This document shows, piece by piece, positions 1-7,801 of a stretch of 32,220 bases of DNA. The notes under the pieces are model-generated. The model was given only the letters and a program-made list of their open reading frames with translations, did no database searches and was not told where the DNA came from. The translations under genes were made by a program, and so were the position numbers. Source of the stretch: an uncultured bacterium (GTDB lineage: Bacteria > Patescibacteriota > Minisyncoccia > Moranbacterales > GWC2-37-73); NCBI GenBank assembly GCA_903866285.1, contig CAIPMZ010000066.1:1-32220 (forward strand), given 5' to 3'. Each line of letters opens with the position of its first letter. Within the stretch, counting starts at the first letter, position 1.

Positions 1-34
1 GAGGCTCGACCTCCCTAATGGAGGTCGAGCCTCC
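1..34. repeat. hairpin family A copy (15-bp GGAGG...CCTCC arms, 5-nt loop), left arm clipped by the window edge
   Basis: GAGGCTCGACCTCC-CTAAT-GGAGGTCGAGCCTCC, arms perfectly complementary. Confidence 0.85.
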
Positions 35-162
35 AACGTCTTTCTGCTACTGATTAAGTTGATTCCGTATGATATTGCTAAATTGTTGAAAAAATATTTT
101 GGCAAATATAAAAAAACAGGACCCTTGAAAAAGTTCTGTTTTTTTGTGATTAGGTTGGAAAA

Positions 163-711
163 CTATTGCTCAACTGGAACTTTTTCTCTTTTGTCACCAG
201 GCCAGATTGTTTGTTTGCAAGCGATGAACAAAGCGAAATTGCTAAAAAATTTATGTTCTTCTCCAATGAGCTGGTCAAGTTCAGTTTTCAGTTCAATGGC
301 TGGTGCTTGCCCAATAGCCTCTATAATCTCTGGTAAATCCTGCTTAATAGCGTTTTCAAGCGCGGTGTGCCAAACTGCCTGGTCTTCGTTCCATTCCTTC
401 ATATATTCAAAGCTGTCATCTTTAAGAGGATCAAAGCCGACAATACAATCAGCAAAGCACTCGGCGCTTTCGAGAATACGTTCTTTAGTCTGGGCGTAAT
501 TATTTTCTGGCAAGATTAAAGCTAGCCAATCGAAAAAATCTATTAGCGTATCGTATTTATTGGAAAAATCTGCTAAGTTTTCTGACTTAAGCTTTTCTAA
601 GGTCTTAGCTATTTTCGGATATTTTTCAAGGCGTTCTTTAGCAGATAATTCAAAGGGATGCGGGCTAGGAAGCTGGCTACCCAAACCTTCAAAGTTAAAT
701 TTTTCAAACAT
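163..711 (-). CDS. hypothetical acidic protein, no family recognised
   Basis: 182-aa ATG-initiated ORF. The overlapping + strand ORF 59..499 has antisense-type Ser/Cys/Leu-rich composition. No motif I can name. Confidence 0.5.
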   Translation of the reverse strand: MFEKFNFEGLGSQLPSPHPFELSAKERLEKYPKIAKTLEKLKSENLADFSNKYDTLIDFFDWLALILPENNYAQTKERILESAECFADCIVGFDPLKDDSFEYMKEWNEDQAVWHTALENAIKQDLPEIIEAIGQAPAIELKTELDQLIGEEHKFFSNFALFIACKQTIWPGDKREKVPVEQ

Positions 712-924
712 ATGTTTTAGTTAAAGATTATTTACGCTTTTATTATAATCTTTTGGCTAAAAAATAAAAGAGGGGATAAAAAAGAGGCGAGACATAAGCG
801 ACAATTTCTGGGAAAGAAAAAATGGCCAGCATTATTGAGTCCAAAGAGCTGGCTGATCTTCAAAAACTCATCTTCAATTTACTTTGGGATACGTTGCCGA
901 GGAAATAAAAAGCCGATGCAAAAC

Positions 925-1022
925 TACCTGCCCGCAATGCTGCGCCCGCCAGCAACGCTTCGCGTAGCGATGCGGACTGGCATAGCGTTGCAGGCGGGCC
1001 TGCCCTGGCGGCAGGCGGGCGA
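925..1022. repeat. GC-rich hairpin cluster related to the CCTGCC...GGCAGG module
   Basis: GCCCGCCAGCAACGCT (944..959) pairs with AGCGTTGCAGGCGGGC (984..999) with 1 mismatch, followed by CCTGCC-CTGGC-GGCAGG. It generates two spurious overlapping ORFs. Confidence 0.7.
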
Positions 1023-1157
1023 ATGAAATACGAATTTACGAAAATGGATCTTTGCACTGGGACGGAGCTAAGCTCCGGAATAGTAAATTACGAATGATTA
1101 AGTTAGTTTGGCATAAGATGTAAACCTTTCGTGTTGAAGTTATTTTAAAAAGTATTG

Positions 1158-1195
1158 CAAATTCTTGCATATGCGACTTTTTGCAATACTTTTTT
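1158..1195 (+). repeat. 38-bp direct repeat, left copy (part of an A-run/hairpin/T-run terminator-like structure)
   Basis: CAAATTCTTGCATATGCGACTTTTTGCAATACTTTTTT. The full hairpin is AAAAAGTATTGCAA...TTGCAATACTTTTT (1147..1195). Confidence 0.85.
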
Positions 1196-1363
1196 AGTGT
1201 GAGTAAATAGAAATATTCCTAGCATCGCAACTTAGGCCATATGGGCATGGTTGCAATGCGTATACTCAAGCATTTTTCAAGTGTGTCAAAAAAATGCATA
1301 TGCATGAAATTGACACGCTTATTATGGCTAATACTAAATCAAATAAAACACTGTTAGTTACAA

Positions 1364-1398
1364 GGAGGCTCGACTTCCCTAATGGAGGTCGAGTCTCC
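1364..1398. repeat. hairpin family A copy
   Basis: GGAGGCTCGACTTCC-CTAAT-GGAGGTCGAGTCTCC. The two arm differences from copy 1 are at wobble-compatible positions. Confidence 0.85.
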
Positions 1399-1439
1399 AG
1401 CCCTCCTTAATCTGGACAAAAAGCAAAAAGCATGCTAAA

Positions 1440-2003
1440 ATGAACTTAAGTTCAGAATTATTAAACTTAAGTTCAAAAATGACTAAACTTGAGAAAAAAA
1501 TCATCATCCTGCTGTCGAACTACCCAGAAAATGAATTTTATGGGCAAGAAATAGCGAAAAAAGTGGCCTGTAGTAAGGCTTCGGTTAGTGGTATCTTGAA
1601 AACGCTTGCTGAAAAGAAACTTGTTTTAAAGAAAATCAAGGGCAATATGAAATTTTATCAAATCAATCAAGAAGCTATCGAGCTGAAAAAGTTCAAACTG
1701 GACTTGATTTTGGATGGGATAAAACCGGTTATTTTCAAATTAGAAAAATTTTCAAAGAAAATCATTCTTTTCGGTTCGGCTAGCAGAGGCGAGCAGATGT
1801 TCAATAGCGACATTGATTTATTTGTGTTGACTAATGAAAAAGAGGAAGTTAAAGAGGAATTGAAAAAAATAAATTCAAAATTGCAAATCAAAGCCGTGCT
1901 GAAAACCCCTGGTCAGTGGTCGGAAACAGAAGTGACTGATCCGGAATTCTATCACGAGGTTAAAAACGGAATAACTTTATTTGAATATGTCCCAAGAATT
2001 TAA
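1440..2003 (+). CDS. winged-helix (MarR-like) domain fused to a minimal nucleotidyltransferase (MNT-type) domain
   Basis: The N-terminus (FYGQEIAKKVACSKASVSGILKTLAEKKLV) looks like a wHTH. The C-terminus carries the GS-x-x-RGE...SDIDLFV motif (ILFGSASRGEQMFNSDIDLFVL) typical of polymerase-beta-fold NTases. No adjacent HEPN gene is visible. Confidence 0.7.
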   Translation: MNLSSELLNLSSKMTKLEKKIIILLSNYPENEFYGQEIAKKVACSKASVSGILKTLAEKKLVLKKIKGNMKFYQINQEAIELKKFKLDLILDGIKPVIFKLEKFSKKIILFGSASRGEQMFNSDIDLFVLTNEKEEVKEELKKINSKLQIKAVLKTPGQWSETEVTDPEFYHEVKNGITLFEYVPRI

Positions 2004-2012
2004 AAAATATAT

Positions 2013-2050
2013 CAAATTCTTGCATATGCGACTTTCTGCAATACTTTTTT
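2013..2050 (+). repeat. 38-bp direct repeat, right copy
   Basis: CAAATTCTTGCATATGCGACTTTCTGCAATACTTTTTT: 1 mismatch, offset 855 bp, immediately after the wHTH-NTase gene. Confidence 0.85.
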
Positions 2051-2067
2051 GTTGAAAAACGCGTAGC

Positions 2068-2099
2068 AAAAAACCTTCTCATAAATGAGAAGGTTTTTT
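2068..2099. terminator. bidirectional intrinsic terminator
   Basis: AAAAAA-CCTTCTCA-TAAA-TGAGAAGG-TTTTTT. Confidence 0.75.
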
Positions 2100-2100
2100 C

Positions 2101-2345
2101 GGGAGCAATTGCTAAGTTTTGCGTTGATTGTTCTGTAGACAAGTCCCAGCAGACGGATCCGCCGGGGAAGGAGCAGTGTCGAGGAGGAGCGCAGCCGAAA
2201 CCACCCAACCCATGTCTGGACAAAAAAGCACCCGATACTGAGGACAAAAGATAGAAGCCCCCAGCTGTCTACAGGACAACAAACACAAAATTTAAAAAAA
2301 AACAAATCGGAGCTCTTTTTCCACCCGATAGAACAGTCTAGCACG
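2101..2345. other. GC-rich non-coding island, candidate structured RNA
   Basis: CTGTAGACA (2133) pairs with TGTCTACAG (2266), and GTCC..AGAC (2143) with GTCTGGAC (2213). It contains GGGGAAGGAGCAG, which is reminiscent of, but not identical to, the SRP RNA GGAAGGAAGCAG motif. Only nonsense ORFs are present. Confidence 0.3.
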
Positions 2346-2347
2346 GC

Positions 2348-2376
2348 TTGGATTTTTTGTCAAGGGGTGGTAGAAT
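2348..2376 (+). promoter_or_regulatory. sigma70-type promoter TTGGAT-N17-TAGAAT with TGG immediately upstream of the -10 (ruvB leader)
   Basis: Same architecture as the sites at 8877, 12462 and 14932. The start codon is 265 nt downstream. Confidence 0.5.
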
Positions 2377-2640
2377 GCACACATAGCATGTAACATAGAA
2401 CATGCAACAAGGATCTATAACATTTAATACGTTGAAAATGGTTTTTTGTTTCAACAAAGGTAAATATAATAGAGATAAAGTTGAGATATAATAGAAATAT
2501 GGTAGAAATAGAAAACAATTAATTTCAATTATATTTCGTGAAGCATATTTCTATGTGTTTCTATGCATAAGGGTTTTACTGATTACTATCTCACGTCTGC
2601 ATGCTACGTGCTTTATGTTCCATGCTATGTGATTTAAAAT

Positions 2641-3651
2641 ATGATTACCAATTCCGAAGAACAAATTGAAGATGTCTCCCTAGATAACACCCTCAGGCCG
2701 CAAAGGCTGTCGGAATATGTTGGCCAGGAAAAAATTCGCAAAAATTTGCAGATGTTTATTGACGCTGCCAAAAAAAGGGGTGAATCAATTGAGCATGTGC
2801 TTTTGTATGGACCGGCAGGGCTTGGCAAGACCACGCTGGCGCATATTATTGCCAATGAAATGGGCGTGAACATCAAAATCACTTCTGGGCCAGCTATTGA
2901 AAGAGTGGGCGACCTGGGCTCAATTTTGACGAACTTACAAGATGGCGATGTGCTTTTTATTGATGAAATTCATCGCCTCAACAAGTTGATCGAAGAAGTG
3001 CTTTATCCCGCCATGGAAGATTACAAATTGGATGTAATTATTGGGAAAGGCCCTTCGGCGCGAACTCTTCAACTTGATTTGCCAAAGTTTACTTTGATTG
3101 GTGCCACCACCAGATTGGGCAGCCTTTCCAATCCACTGCGCAATCGTTTCGGGGCAATTCACAGATTGGAATTTTACAATGATGAAGAAATGAAAAAAAT
3201 TATTTCTCGCAGTGGCAAAATTTTGGGCATTTCTCTGGATGAAAGTGGTTCTGGCGAAATTGCGCGCTCTAGTCGAAAAACTCCCCGCGTGGGTAACCGG
3301 ATGATTAAACGGGTGCGGGATTATGCTCAAATTAATGAGCATCCCGTAATTGATAGCGCTATCGCCAGAAAAGCCTTGGACATGATGGACGTGGATCACT
3401 TAGGCCTTGAACCGACTGACCGTTTTATTTTAGAAACCATTATCAAAAAATTCGGGGGCGGGCCAGTTGGAATTTCTACGATTGCGGCGGCCACTTCTGA
3501 GGAAATTGAAACAATTGAAGATGTTTACGAACCATTTTTAATTCAACTTGGCTTTCTAACGCGGACGCCCCGCGGGCGCGTCGTAACCGACAGCGGCTTT
3601 CTCCACATGGGTTATCCGGTGCCTGTCGAGAATCAGAATAAACTGCTATAA
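2641..3651 (+). CDS. ruvB: Holliday junction branch migration helicase RuvB
   Basis: [13 protein letters not shown], Walker [10 protein letters not shown], Walker [10 protein letters not shown] and sensor [16 protein letters not shown], at the full 336-aa RuvB length. Confidence 0.97.
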   Translation: MITNSEEQIEDVSLDNTLRPQRLSEYVGQEKIRKNLQMFIDAAKKRGESIEHVLLYGPAGLGKTTLAHIIANEMGVNIKITSGPAIERVGDLGSILTNLQDGDVLFIDEIHRLNKLIEEVLYPAMEDYKLDVIIGKGPSARTLQLDLPKFTLIGATTRLGSLSNPLRNRFGAIHRLEFYNDEEMKKIISRSGKILGISLDESGSGEIARSSRKTPRVGNRMIKRVRDYAQINEHPVIDSAIARKALDMMDVDHLGLEPTDRFILETIIKKFGGGPVGISTIAAATSEEIETIEDVYEPFLIQLGFLTRTPRGRVVTDSGFLHMGYPVPVENQNKLL

Positions 3652-3740
3652 TAAAAATATAAAAAAATTTCTAATATCCAATGCCTAATGTCTAATGAAA
3701 TTCGGTAGCGATATAAGAGAGATAAAATAGAAATAAAATT

Positions 3741-3830
3741 TGTCATCGCGATCCGCCCAGGGCGGAGTGACTGATCCAGAACGTAGCATTGCTCTGGATT
3801 GCCACGCATGATCACATGCTCGCAAAGACA
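3741..3830 (+). mobile_element. MITE-like element family D, copy 1 (90 bp)
   Basis: Termini TGTCATCGCGAT ... CTCGCAAAGACA are inverted repeats. The core GGATTGCCACGCATGAT is shared with copies 2 and 3. It ends 12 nt before the ATG at 3843. Confidence 0.7.
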
Positions 3831-3842
3831 TTATAAAAAACT

Positions 3843-4067
3843 ATGCTCGTTACCATATTCCAAATTCTTTATTTAGTCGTTTTCTTCACGATGTCGCTGA
3901 TGAGCGTCTTTATTGTGTTTCACATTGTTTTCTATGCTTACAGCGCCTTTTCAAAATTAACTATGTTGGCGATTTTTGTGCCAGTTATATTGGTCCTGCT
4001 TTTTACGAACTTTATTTTATTTAGACAAATCCCGCTAGCTAATATTTTTTCAGCGACTTTTCTATGA
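3843..4067 (+). CDS. small membrane protein (two hydrophobic helices)
   Basis: 74-aa hydrophobic ORF whose stop overlaps the next start (ATGA at 4064..4067), suggesting translational coupling. Confidence 0.5.
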   Translation: MLVTIFQILYLVVFFTMSLMSVFIVFHIVFYAYSAFSKLTMLAIFVPVILVLLFTNFILFRQIPLANIFSATFL

Positions 4068-4645
4068 TTAATGGCTTTTCAAAATTTCATTTCAAGGGCG
4101 TCGGGGAAAATGAAGAGATCGTAAAAGTGCTTCATCGAAATTGGTTTTATCTTTTGCAACAATTTTTAATGTTGATTTTTTTGGCAGTAATTTTTCTTTT
4201 TTCCGTGACCTATATCCCGAGATTTTTCCCAGATTTTATGGGCTCACAGTCGAAGGAATTTTTAGCTTTTCTCGAAAATTTCTTTTTACTAATTATTTGG
4301 GTGTACGGTTTTTTAATTTGGATTGATTATTATTTTGATGTTTGGATAATTACGACTGAACGGATCGTGAATATTGAACAACAGGGGATGTTTTCGCGCA
4401 GAGTTAGTGAAATGGAATATTCAAAGATGCAGGATATTACCGCTGAAGTTGTTGGCTTTTTCCCCACGATTATAAATTACGGCGATGTCAGAGTCCAAAC
4501 GGCGGCTGAAGATAAGGAATTTGTTTTTAGAACAATCTCGGATCCGTATCATATCAAGAGTATCATTTTTAATATGCAAAAGCGCGACTCGCTGCAAAAC
4601 ACGAAAGAGCTTGGGGATATGATTAAAGGAAAAATCAGAGCTTAA
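4064..4645 (+). CDS. membrane-anchored bacterial PH-domain protein (bPH_2/YdbT-like)
   Basis: HRNWFYLL followed by two TM helices, then ITTERIVNIEQQGMFSRR...YGDVRVQT...FRTISDP. This is the pattern of DUF304/bPH_2 proteins. Confidence 0.62.
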   Translation: MINGFSKFHFKGVGENEEIVKVLHRNWFYLLQQFLMLIFLAVIFLFSVTYIPRFFPDFMGSQSKEFLAFLENFFLLIIWVYGFLIWIDYYFDVWIITTERIVNIEQQGMFSRRVSEMEYSKMQDITAEVVGFFPTIINYGDVRVQTAAEDKEFVFRTISDPYHIKSIIFNMQKRDSLQNTKELGDMIKGKIRA

Positions 4646-4670
4646 ATTTTCCAACGTAAAAAATTCGGGT

Positions 4671-4716
4671 GTTCCTAGGGACTTAGTCCCCAGCTGGGGA
4701 CTAAGTCCCTAGGAAC
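4671..4716. repeat. perfect 46-bp palindrome (family B)
   Basis: GTTCCTAGGGACTTAGTCCCCAGCTGGGGACTAAGTCCCTAGGAAC is its own reverse complement. It lies between the PH-domain gene and the LTD gene. Confidence 0.9.
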
Positions 4717-4758
4717 CAAATTTAGCCATAGAACTTAATTGCAAGGGGCAAACTTCGC

Positions 4759-6786
4759 GTGAACACAAAGAGAAAAATAAAATACGCGGTTGTATTTTTA
4801 TCACTGGCACTGCCAATTTTTTTGGCAGTGTTTTTTGTTTTTAATGAAAAGGCATGGTCTAGTGAAGGTGGCATAGATAAGGGTGATATTATAATAAACG
4901 AATTAATGTGGATGGGGATGGGTAGCTCCACGAGTGATGAATGGCTTGAGCTCAAAAATACAACAGCCAAGTTAATCAATCTTGATGAATGTCAAACTGT
5001 GAAGGTAATTGATGATAAGGAAATCATAGTAACGGCAAGTTTAAAAGATCAGACAATATCACCCAAAGATTATTTTGTAATATCCTATAAGACAAGAGAT
5101 GACTCGAAAATAAATACTGACACGCACAAGGCACTTTCTTATTTGTCACTTTCAAATACAACCCTAAGGCTTATATTAAAGTGTAGTGGAAATATTATAG
5201 ATACGGCTGGAGACGGAAAAATTCCATTTGCTGGAGAAAATAGTCTTATAAAAAAATCTATGGAGCGAAATGATATTTTTACTGATGGAGCAATGAAATA
5301 TAGTTGGCATACGTGTTCTGTGGCTGAAAATATTGATGCAAATACTACTGACTGTGCAACGCCTGGTGCAGAAAATTCAAAACTCGCAGAAAAAATTCCT
5401 GAGTCGCCAAAAGTTTACTCCGATAAAATTCAAATCACGGAACTTTTCCCTAATCCTTTTCAGGCTCAATATGAAGAATATATTGAACTATATAATGGCA
5501 CGGCGGAAAAGGTTGATTTAGCTGGCTGGACCTTGCACGATGCTTCAAAAACGGGAAAGTATACTTTCCCGGTAGGCTTTCTAATAAAAGCCAAAGAATA
5601 TTTGGCGATTTTTAAAAAAGATTTTAAATTTGCGCTCAATAATTCTGGCGATGAAAGGGTGACTCTTTTTGATCCCAATGGAAAAGAGGTTTCTAAAGCT
5701 TTGTATGACGGTAGCAAGCGAAACCTTTCCTATAACTTCGATGGCAACCGCTGGCGTTGGAGTAAATTTTTAACGCCGGGTGCGGAAAATATTTTAAACA
5801 GTGAGCCGTATGGAACTTTGAAAATTGATGATGATGTGTATGAAAATGTATATGCGAATTTTTCAATTTCAACTGGCGATAGTGATGGCGATAGTGTAAA
5901 AGTGACTTGGGATTTTGGCGATGGGCATAAAAGTTATTTATTAAAAACAAGGCATAAATATCTCGCCACTGGAAAATATTTAGCGAGCGTAAAATTAACC
6001 GATGGCAGCGAGGAGACTTTAAAAGAATTTGAGGTCGAAGTTCAGAAAATTCCGCATCCAAAAGTTGCGCTTGTTGCTGTCAAAGCAAATCCGAAAGGCA
6101 AAGATAGTGAGTTTGAAACTTTGACGATTAAAAATAATTCGAAAAAGAAAATAAATCTCAAAGGTTGGAGCATCGCAACTGGAACTAAAAAGCTTGCAAA
6201 CCACCCAATCAAAGAAAGCGTTGTTATTAAGAAGGGTAAAGCCAAGGAAATCACTCGCCAAGTTTCAAGTTTTTCCTTAAATAATAAAAAGGCGAAAGTT
6301 GAATTGCGTTATCCGGACGGCAAAATTGCCAGCAAATTAAAATATGATCACGGCAAGGTTTCGATTGCGGAAGATGAGGTTTATGAAAAAACAAAAGGCG
6401 GATGGGTTTGGATAGAAAAAATTTCAAATGACAAATCGCAAATTCCAAATAAGAGTCAAGATGCAATAGACAATATACAAAATTCAATAGACAATAGCCA
6501 GGATACAATAGAGGATATTCAAAATACAATAGATAGTGAATGGGAGGGCGAGCGAAAGGGAGTTGGACTCCCTTTGTGGGAGTCCAACTCCCAAGGGGGT
6601 GAGTTGGTAAATATTGAATTATTGAAAAATCAACCAGCTGTACTGGGAGCGGAAATGGTGCGGGAAGTCGGCGGACAATATTTTTTTACCTCACAAGTTG
6701 AGCAGAAACACTACCTGGTTTCGTTTTTTGAAAATCTTCTTGCTAGTTTAAATGTAGGAATGAATCAGATGTTGAATTATTTTTGA
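4759..6786 (+). CDS. secreted or anchored surface protein with three lamin-tail-like (LTD) domains and one PKD domain
   Basis: GTG start and an N-terminal hydrophobic anchor. LTD-like segments are IIINELMWMG..DEWLELKNTT, IQITELFPNP..EEYIELYNGTAEKVDLAGWTL and ANPKGKDSEFETLTIKNNSKKKINLKGWSI. The PKD motif is VTWDFGDGH. The C-terminal third is built partly from repeat-derived sequence. Confidence 0.75.
   Translation: MNTKRKIKYAVVFLSLALPIFLAVFFVFNEKAWSSEGGIDKGDIIINELMWMGMGSSTSDEWLELKNTTAKLINLDECQTVKVIDDKEIIVTASLKDQTISPKDYFVISYKTRDDSKINTDTHKALSYLSLSNTTLRLILKCSGNIIDTAGDGKIPFAGENSLIKKSMERNDIFTDGAMKYSWHTCSVAENIDANTTDCATPGAENSKLAEKIPESPKVYSDKIQITELFPNPFQAQYEEYIELYNGTAEKVDLAGWTLHDASKTGKYTFPVGFLIKAKEYLAIFKKDFKFALNNSGDERVTLFDPNGKEVSKALYDGSKRNLSYNFDGNRWRWSKFLTPGAENILNSEPYGTLKIDDDVYENVYANFSISTGDSDGDSVKVTWDFGDGHKSYLLKTRHKYLATGKYLASVKLTDGSEETLKEFEVEVQKIPHPKVALVAVKANPKGKDSEFETLTIKNNSKKKINLKGWSIATGTKKLANHPIKESVVIKKGKAKEITRQVSSFSLNNKKAKVELRYPDGKIASKLKYDHGKVSIAEDEVYEKTKGGWVWIEKISNDKSQIPNKSQDAIDNIQNSIDNSQDTIEDIQNTIDSEWEGERKGVGLPLWESNSQGGELVNIELLKNQPAVLGAEMVREVGGQYFFTSQVEQKHYLVSFFENLLASLNVGMNQMLNYF
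6558..6592. repeat. hairpin family A-like copy inside the LTD protein CDS
   Basis: GGGAGTTGGACTCCC-TTTGT-GGGAGTCCAACTCCC: perfect 15-bp arms and a 5-nt loop, translated in-frame as ...GVGLPLWESNSQ... Confidence 0.8.
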
Positions 6787-6824
6787 GAGTAATTTAGATT
6801 GAATTCATTTAAGGCTAGTCAGGC

Positions 6825-6869
6825 GTTGGAGGTTGAGCCTTCATTATGGAGGCTCAACCTCCTTGCAAC
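6825..6869. repeat. hairpin family A copy, long form with GTTG...CAAC flanks
   Basis: GTTGGAGGTTGAGCCTTC-ATTAT-GGAGGCTCAACCTCCTTGCAAC, 39 nt downstream of the LTD gene stop. Confidence 0.85.
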
Positions 6870-6968
6870 AGGCAGTGTTTTAATTGATTTGGCGTGATGC
6901 TGAATTGAAAAATTTGACGCATTTTTGACTTAATGATAGAATATCATTATAAGTCTTAAAACAAACAT

Positions 6969-7445
6969 ATGCCAACCAAAAAACCAAAAGAAATCGTGAT
7001 TTTCCAAGCCAAAAATGGCGCAATTGAGCTGAAAGGTGATTTCAAAAAAGAAACTATCTGGGCAAGTCTGCAACAAATTGCGGATGTGTTTGGAGTGGAT
7101 AAGTCTGGTATTTCTAGGCATATTAAGAATGTTTTTAATTCTGAGGAGCTAAATGAAAAAGCAACTGTTGCAAAAATTGCAACAGCTCAAAAAGAGGGGG
7201 GTAGAAGCGTTATTCGTGAAATAGAGTATTTTAACTTGGATGTAATACTATCTGTCGGCTATAGAGTTAATTCAAAACAAGCCACAATTTTTCGTATTTG
7301 GGCAACCAAAGTTCTGCGTCAGCATATAACTAAGGGTTTTAGCATCAACCCAAAAGTAGTTAAACATAATTACGCTGAATTTCAACAGGCACTGGAGAAT
7401 ATCAAAAAACTCTTGCCAAGTTCTTTTACGTATTGCCGAAAGTAA
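6969..7445 (+). CDS. RhuM-family protein, probably C-terminally truncated
   Basis: IVIFQAKNGAIELK...TIWASLQQIADVFGVDKSGISRHIKNVF...YFNLDVILSVGYRVNSKQATIFRIWATKVLRQHITKGF matches the RhuM N-terminal half. At 158 aa it is about half the length I expect for this family. The ORF ends where the composition changes. Confidence 0.6.
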   Translation: MPTKKPKEIVIFQAKNGAIELKGDFKKETIWASLQQIADVFGVDKSGISRHIKNVFNSEELNEKATVAKIATAQKEGGRSVIREIEYFNLDVILSVGYRVNSKQATIFRIWATKVLRQHITKGFSINPKVVKHNYAEFQQALENIKKLLPSSFTYCRK

Positions 7446-7493
7446 CCCCAAGAATAAAGAGCGAATGATCCACTTGGTTTTGCAGTTGCTGAA

Positions 7494-7532
7494 GAAATAA
7501 AAAAACCTCTACAGAAAACCAATCTGTAGAGG
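7494..7532 (-). terminator. intrinsic terminator for the minus-strand island transcript
   Basis: On the minus strand: CCTCTACAG-ATTGGTTTT-CTGTAGAGG followed by TTTTTTTATTT. Confidence 0.75.
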
Positions 7533-7801
7533 TGATGCAAAGTTTTATTCAAGGATAACCCATTGTCGGTTCAGCGTCTCTGACCTGAATCGCACTGTTC
7601 TGGTTTTTCCATCTCTTGAAAGTGCGATTCTTCACGCTATCAAGGATGGGGCCGATTCGGAATTATTCACAAATCGGCCGGGTTGTATTAATTTCCCTTT
7701 AGTCTTTACGGCTCTAAGTTTTTCGATCCGCCTCGGGCGGATCTCCTTCATCCCTCATGTAAAGGGTTCTGTTGCTAATGGGTGAAGTAGCTCGTCCGGA
7801 A
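7533..7801 (-). other. structured, GC-rich non-coding 3' region of the island operon (candidate ncRNA)
   Basis: Three strong hairpins: GAATCGCACT/AGTGCGATTC (7587..7630, flanked by AGCGT/ACGCT), GGCCGATT/AATCGGCC (7650..7679) and GATCCGCC/GGCGGATC (7725..7743). No credible ORF. It ends at the terminator at 7494..7532. Confidence 0.4.

Noticed and set aside
59-499. ORF 59..499 (+)
   Set aside because: It is fully antisense to the better-composed 163..711 ORF and has Ser/Cys/Leu-rich low-information composition.
835-1057. ORFs 835..1026 (+) and 860..1057 (-)
   Set aside because: They overlap each other across a GC-rich hairpin cluster. Their Ala/Arg/Pro/Gly-rich composition is typical of translated palindromic repeats, and neither has start-site support.
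1960-2344. Minus-strand ORFs 1960..2247 and 2012..2344
   Set aside because: They run through a bidirectional terminator and the 38-bp repeat. They have Cys/Phe/Leu-rich nonsense composition and overlap the 3' end of the 1440..2003 gene.
3633-3815. ORFs translated from the MITE-like family D elements (3633..3815, 12387..12680, 12476..12664, 24053..24259)
   Set aside because: Their only shared peptide (MRGNP...SLRPG..) comes from the repeat itself. They are antisense to the flanking transcription units and lack starts outside the repeat.
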